64,000 bases of DNA from an uncultured Verrucomicrobiae bacterium. Its GTDB lineage: Bacteria; Verrucomicrobiota; Verrucomicrobiia; Limisphaerales; Palsa-1400. Below are positions 60,269 through 64,000 of the stretch, piece after piece; positions within the stretch are counted from its first letter, which is position 1; each line of letters starts with the position of its first letter. The position numbers and the translations under genes are program-made. The DNA is taken from assembly GCA_963702845.1 (NCBI GenBank), contig OY969763.1, positions 3,328,001 through 3,392,000 on the forward strand. The letters run 5' to 3'. The notes beneath the pieces are model-generated. The model saw only the letters and a program-made list of their open reading frames with translations, did no database searches and was not told the origin of the DNA.

Positions 60269-61118
60269 TCGGTTCAAACAACATTCAGGTCGAATTAGGT
60301 CGAAATTACTCGAAATAGGCCCACTTTGACAAAGTTTTGTCAAAGAACGATCTCCAGTCGAGGTCGGCGACCCGGGTCGATTGTGATTATTTTTAACTCC
60401 CGTTTAGTCCCGTTAGCTCCCGTTGACTCTCGGTAACTCGGGTTTCTAAACTTTGGACCTAACATCTTTTTGTTTTAGTTTAAAAAGGGTTAAAAAGGTT
60501 GAATTGGCTGCGACTCGCGGCATCGGTGCGGTGACGAGTGACAAGTGGCGATAGGGCACTCCCCACCCACCCCCTCTGGACCCGTCACCCCGTCCCAAGG
60601 CCTGTAAACACTGGCGTTTTCTCGGTTTTGACCCGTCCCGTGGGACGGGTCACAGGGTCACGCCCGAAACTCGAAGCCCGAAATCCGAAACGGTTTTTGA
60701 GCGCAATTGAGCACGAACGGGCCATCCGCCTCATCACTTCGGCGGCTACATCGTATGTCAAAGAACGATCCCCCAATTACGGGGATGCCGGTAGCGACTG
60801 GCTGCTTCTGCATACTGTGTAGTGAAGCTACGGTATTGTCAAGCGGAACGTCCGCCTCGCGACGAAAGATGGAACAACATGACTTGATGCACCTCTCGAG
60901 GATGCTGTCGGCTTCGGTATTTTGCGGAGACGGTTCCTCCTAATCTTGGGGGTAGTCGAAACGGACCATACCCTGGTTTGACCCATTTCACTTTCATTTA
61001 GACGAAACATGCTGAGGAGTAGGGATGAGCACTGGATACAATAAAGATTGTGCGCGCCCACAACTAATGTGAAGAAACCTGTAGCAACGGTGTAACGTCT
61101 CCTGAATGATAGTTTCGC

Positions 61119-62516
61119 ATGAATCGAACTGATAACAGAGTCTCCTACTGGTTGGTCGCGCTTATTTGCCTGCTGCTCAACATGCGCACGAATGCTGAAC
61201 CTGTGCCCTCGCGCGGAACTGTTGTGATTATCAGCATGGATGGCCTGGCCGCTTTTTATCTGAACGATCCGAAGGCTGACCTGCCGACTCTGCGGCAACT
61301 CGCCAAAGAAGGCGCATTCGCCGAGCGCATGGAAGCATCGCTGCCAACGATGACGTGGCCGAACCATACAACGCTCATCACTGGCGTCACACCGGCAAAA
61401 CACGGTGTCATCGGCAATCGATATTGGGATCGCGACACGCAAAAGAATATTCAACTCATCCCCGACCCGATCTATAACAAAGACGAAATCGTTAAAGCGC
61501 CCACGCTCTATGACGTCGCGCATGAAAATGGTCTGACGACCGCTGCTATTTGCTGGCCGGCGAGTCGCGGCGCGACGACGCTTGACTGGACGTTTCCCGA
61601 TGTCCAAAAAGACCAGCTCTTCCAGAAGTACGCCACGCCATCGTTCCTCGCTGAATGCAAAGCCGCAGGAATACCGGTTGATAAACAGGAGACATGGTGC
61701 AGACAACCCGATGGCGGCGAGTTGCGCGACAAGATGTACACGCAGATGGTGATTAACGCATTAACGAATCATCATCCAAATCTCGTCTTGCTGCATCTGG
61801 TCGAAATCGATCATAAGGAACACGCTTTTGGTCCACGTAGCGCTGAAGCTTATAAAGCGATTCACTTCGATGATGCGTGTGTGAATGAGATTCTGCAGAC
61901 GCTCAAAACGCATTTCGGCGCGAGCGCCACTTTGATTGTCACTTCAGATCACGGGTTCGCCTACATGCGTCAACAGATTCTGCCGAATGTGAAACTTCGC
62001 CAGGCCGGCTTGTTGAAGAGCAGAGCCAAAGGCAACGACCGGCGCGTCTTCTCCGTGGACCAGGGCGGCAGCACCTTCATTTACATCACCGACAAAGAGC
62101 ATCGCGGTGAACTGATCGAAAAGGCGGCTGATGCGTTCAAGGGCGTTGAGGGAATCGATGAAATAATCAAGCCCAAGGAATTTCATAAACACGGCCTTTC
62201 GACCGCGGACGAAGATCCTCACATGCCCGACCTCATCCTCACCGCGAAGAACGGCTACGCGTTCTCAGACGATGCGAACGGCGACACCGTCGTCACGGCA
62301 AAATCCGCGCAGACCAAAGGAGCTCACGGCCACAGTCCGACGTTGCCTGACTTGTATGCAACGTTCGTTGCGTGGGGATCTGGCATCAAACCCGGAACGA
62401 AAATCCGCGAAATCAAAAACGTCGATGTCGCTCCCACTGCTGCGACTCTGCTCGGCATCTCAATTCCAAATGCCGACGGCCGCGTGCTTAAAGAAATTTT
62501 GACGATTAACAAGTAG
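61119..62516 (+). CDS. Alkaline-phosphatase-superfamily nucleotide pyrophosphatase/phosphodiesterase
   Basis: IISMDG, PTMTWPNHTTLITG...HGVIGN, DHKEH, TSDHG, GAHG. Confidence 0.92.
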   Translation: MNRTDNRVSYWLVALICLLLNMRTNAEPVPSRGTVVIISMDGLAAFYLNDPKADLPTLRQLAKEGAFAERMEASLPTMTWPNHTTLITGVTPAKHGVIGNRYWDRDTQKNIQLIPDPIYNKDEIVKAPTLYDVAHENGLTTAAICWPASRGATTLDWTFPDVQKDQLFQKYATPSFLAECKAAGIPVDKQETWCRQPDGGELRDKMYTQMVINALTNHHPNLVLLHLVEIDHKEHAFGPRSAEAYKAIHFDDACVNEILQTLKTHFGASATLIVTSDHGFAYMRQQILPNVKLRQAGLLKSRAKGNDRRVFSVDQGGSTFIYITDKEHRGELIEKAADAFKGVEGIDEIIKPKEFHKHGLSTADEDPHMPDLILTAKNGYAFSDDANGDTVVTAKSAQTKGAHGHSPTLPDLYATFVAWGSGIKPGTKIREIKNVDVAPTAATLLGISIPNADGRVLKEILTINK

Positions 62517-62655
62517 GACGCGTCGCTCAATCTTTCAACGCTTCGCCGTCAAATCTCGCTTTCGTTTATTCTGCTACTCATCCAATATCGCTGGCGAATG
62601 ATCTTATTGGGAGTCGCATCAGTTAACCAGAAAATCGGTTGTCAATCTGCATAGC

Positions 62656-63279
62656 ATGAAAGGCGTCACCGTCATCTCGCACCCGTTAGTGCAGCACAAT
62701 CTCACCCGGTTGCGCGATAAGCGAACGCGTCCCCAGGAATTCCGCCGCGTCCTGAGCGAGATGTCCGCGCTCATGTTGCACGAAGCCACCCGCTCGTTCA
62801 CGCTGCGGCCCATAACCGTGCAAACGCCGCTCGCCAAAGCGAAGGGCTTCCAACTGGAACGCGAGATCGTGCTCGTGCCGATTTTGCGCGCCGGGCTCGG
62901 CATGCTCGATTCCATCCTGCAACTGATTCCCAACGCACGCGTCGGCTTCATCGGTCTCAAGCGCGAGGAAACCACCCAGCGCGCGATGTTCTACCACAAA
63001 AGCCTGCCACCGGATTTAACGGACTTTGAAGTGGTGCTCATCGACCCCATGCTGGCGACCGGCGGCAGCATCGTCGCCGCGATGGATTTGCTCGTTGAAC
63101 TCGGCGCCAAACACGTGCGCCTGGTCAATCTCATCGCCTCGCCCGAAGGCATCCGCCACGTCCGCAAATTCTATCCGCGTCTGCCGATCTTTACCGCTGT
63201 GGTCGATGAAAAGTTGAACGACAAAGGTTACATTCTCCCCGGCCTCGGCGATGCCGGGGACCGGTTATTCGGCGTGTAG
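62656..63279 (+). CDS. upp: Uracil phosphoribosyltransferase
   Basis: HPLVQH.LT.LRD, VPILRAGLGM, DPMLATGGS, GYILPGLGDAGDRLFG. Confidence 0.97.
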   Translation: MKGVTVISHPLVQHNLTRLRDKRTRPQEFRRVLSEMSALMLHEATRSFTLRPITVQTPLAKAKGFQLEREIVLVPILRAGLGMLDSILQLIPNARVGFIGLKREETTQRAMFYHKSLPPDLTDFEVVLIDPMLATGGSIVAAMDLLVELGAKHVRLVNLIASPEGIRHVRKFYPRLPIFTAVVDEKLNDKGYILPGLGDAGDRLFGV

Positions 63280-63535
63280 ATCATTGGTAGTCGGATTACT
63301 GAGCCTCATTTTGCATTCTGCATTTTGAACTCGGAATTTGCGCAGGTGTGACTCGACACGCAGCTACTTCAGCACGCGATCTGAAACCATCCTATCGCTG
63401 CGGCGATCACGACCGCTACAACCAGCCCCAGGAAAATGCCCAATAGAAGAACTACGCAACGCAAAAAAGATTCCCATCCGGAGATGTTTTTATGTGGATC
63501 CACTTGCGCGGTTTTTGGAACGGAAACAGACTCGG

Positions 63536-64000
63536 TCATGGCTTTTCCTCTTTCCGATGTTTTATGCGTTGGGTGATTTCGTTGGCGATGTCGTCAGCGG
63601 AAAATCCCGCCTGCTTGACCATCTTCAATATGGCTTCAGAGGTAGGGCCGTCGGGACGAGAGGCTTCTACGAGCGCAAACGTTCTCACGGCCCGACGGCC
63701 TGTGCGGCAATAAAGCAGGGCCGGCCGCTGTTTGTCAGAAAGCGCTTCCCGCAATACGGCGACCGACTCGTCTGGAATGCTTTCATGCGGCACGGGGATG
63801 TAAAAGAATTTGAGCCCGCGCGGTTCCGCAGCATTTCTCATGGCAGTGGAAGAAGGTTGATCCTTGGCTTCACCATCCGGGCGAAGATCGATGAGAGTCA
63901 TGATGCCCTGGTCGGTCAGCCTGCGGATATGTTTCGTTTGCAATTGAGCGGTAACAAAGACATGGTCGCTGATCCGTTGCAGTGTTGCGCTGGGAGGACG
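63536..64000 (-). CDS. DUF442/Blh-like phosphatase or sulfurtransferase (partial at window end)
   Basis: VFVTAQL...TLIDLRPDGE..DQP...YIPV...PALLYCRTGRRA (CX5R-like loop). Confidence 0.8.
   Translation of the reverse strand, partial: RPPSATLQRISDHVFVTAQLQTKHIRRLTDQGIMTLIDLRPDGEAKDQPSSTAMRNAAEPRGLKFFYIPVPHESIPDESVAVLREALSDKQRPALLYCRTGRRAVRTFALVEASRPDGPTSEAILKMVKQAGFSADDIANEITQRIKHRKEEKP

Noticed and set aside
60828..61706. 292-aa minus-strand ORF and similar long antisense ORFs (e.g. 48046-48618, 52574-53320)
   Set aside because: Shadow frames of well-supported genes on the opposite strand.

Overview
Bacterial chromosomal window, most likely from a Verrucomicrobiota (Pedosphaera/Limisphaerales-like) genome. 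This is inferred from a TIGR02597-type domain, autotransporter-associated beta-strand repeats, a DUF1501 gene, a PA14-sulfatase and pilin style. Housekeeping genes are clpS, birA, nadC, ndh, upp, thiE, an rlmD-like methyltransferase, tRNA-Pro(CGG) and tRNA-Leu(CAA). Accessory content includes large secreted Ig/NHL/GH2 proteins, an ExeA-Wzc-OPX-pilin surface cluster and a Y1/HUH (RAYT-like) transposase. Many single-base frameshifts, densest at about 57.1-60.3 kb, suggest an imperfect consensus. Main highlights: (1) an ORF-free, about 860 nt minus-strand segment (about 32052 to 31183) that folds into a dense array of tetraloop-capped, G-U-containing helices and ends in an intrinsic terminator, i.e. 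a large structured ncRNA, with DnaA-box-like sites just upstream; (2) a FadL-FabF-7TM kinase-hybrid kinase run suggesting lipid-signal synthesis and sensing; (3) tandem thymidylate-kinase-like genes linked to Ppx; (4) a Y1 transposase with hairpin-containing inverted ends that recur as solo copies and truncate a neighbouring gene; (5) intergenic tracts of 10-bp-period repeats. All family assignments come from recognising motifs by eye; no searches were run.
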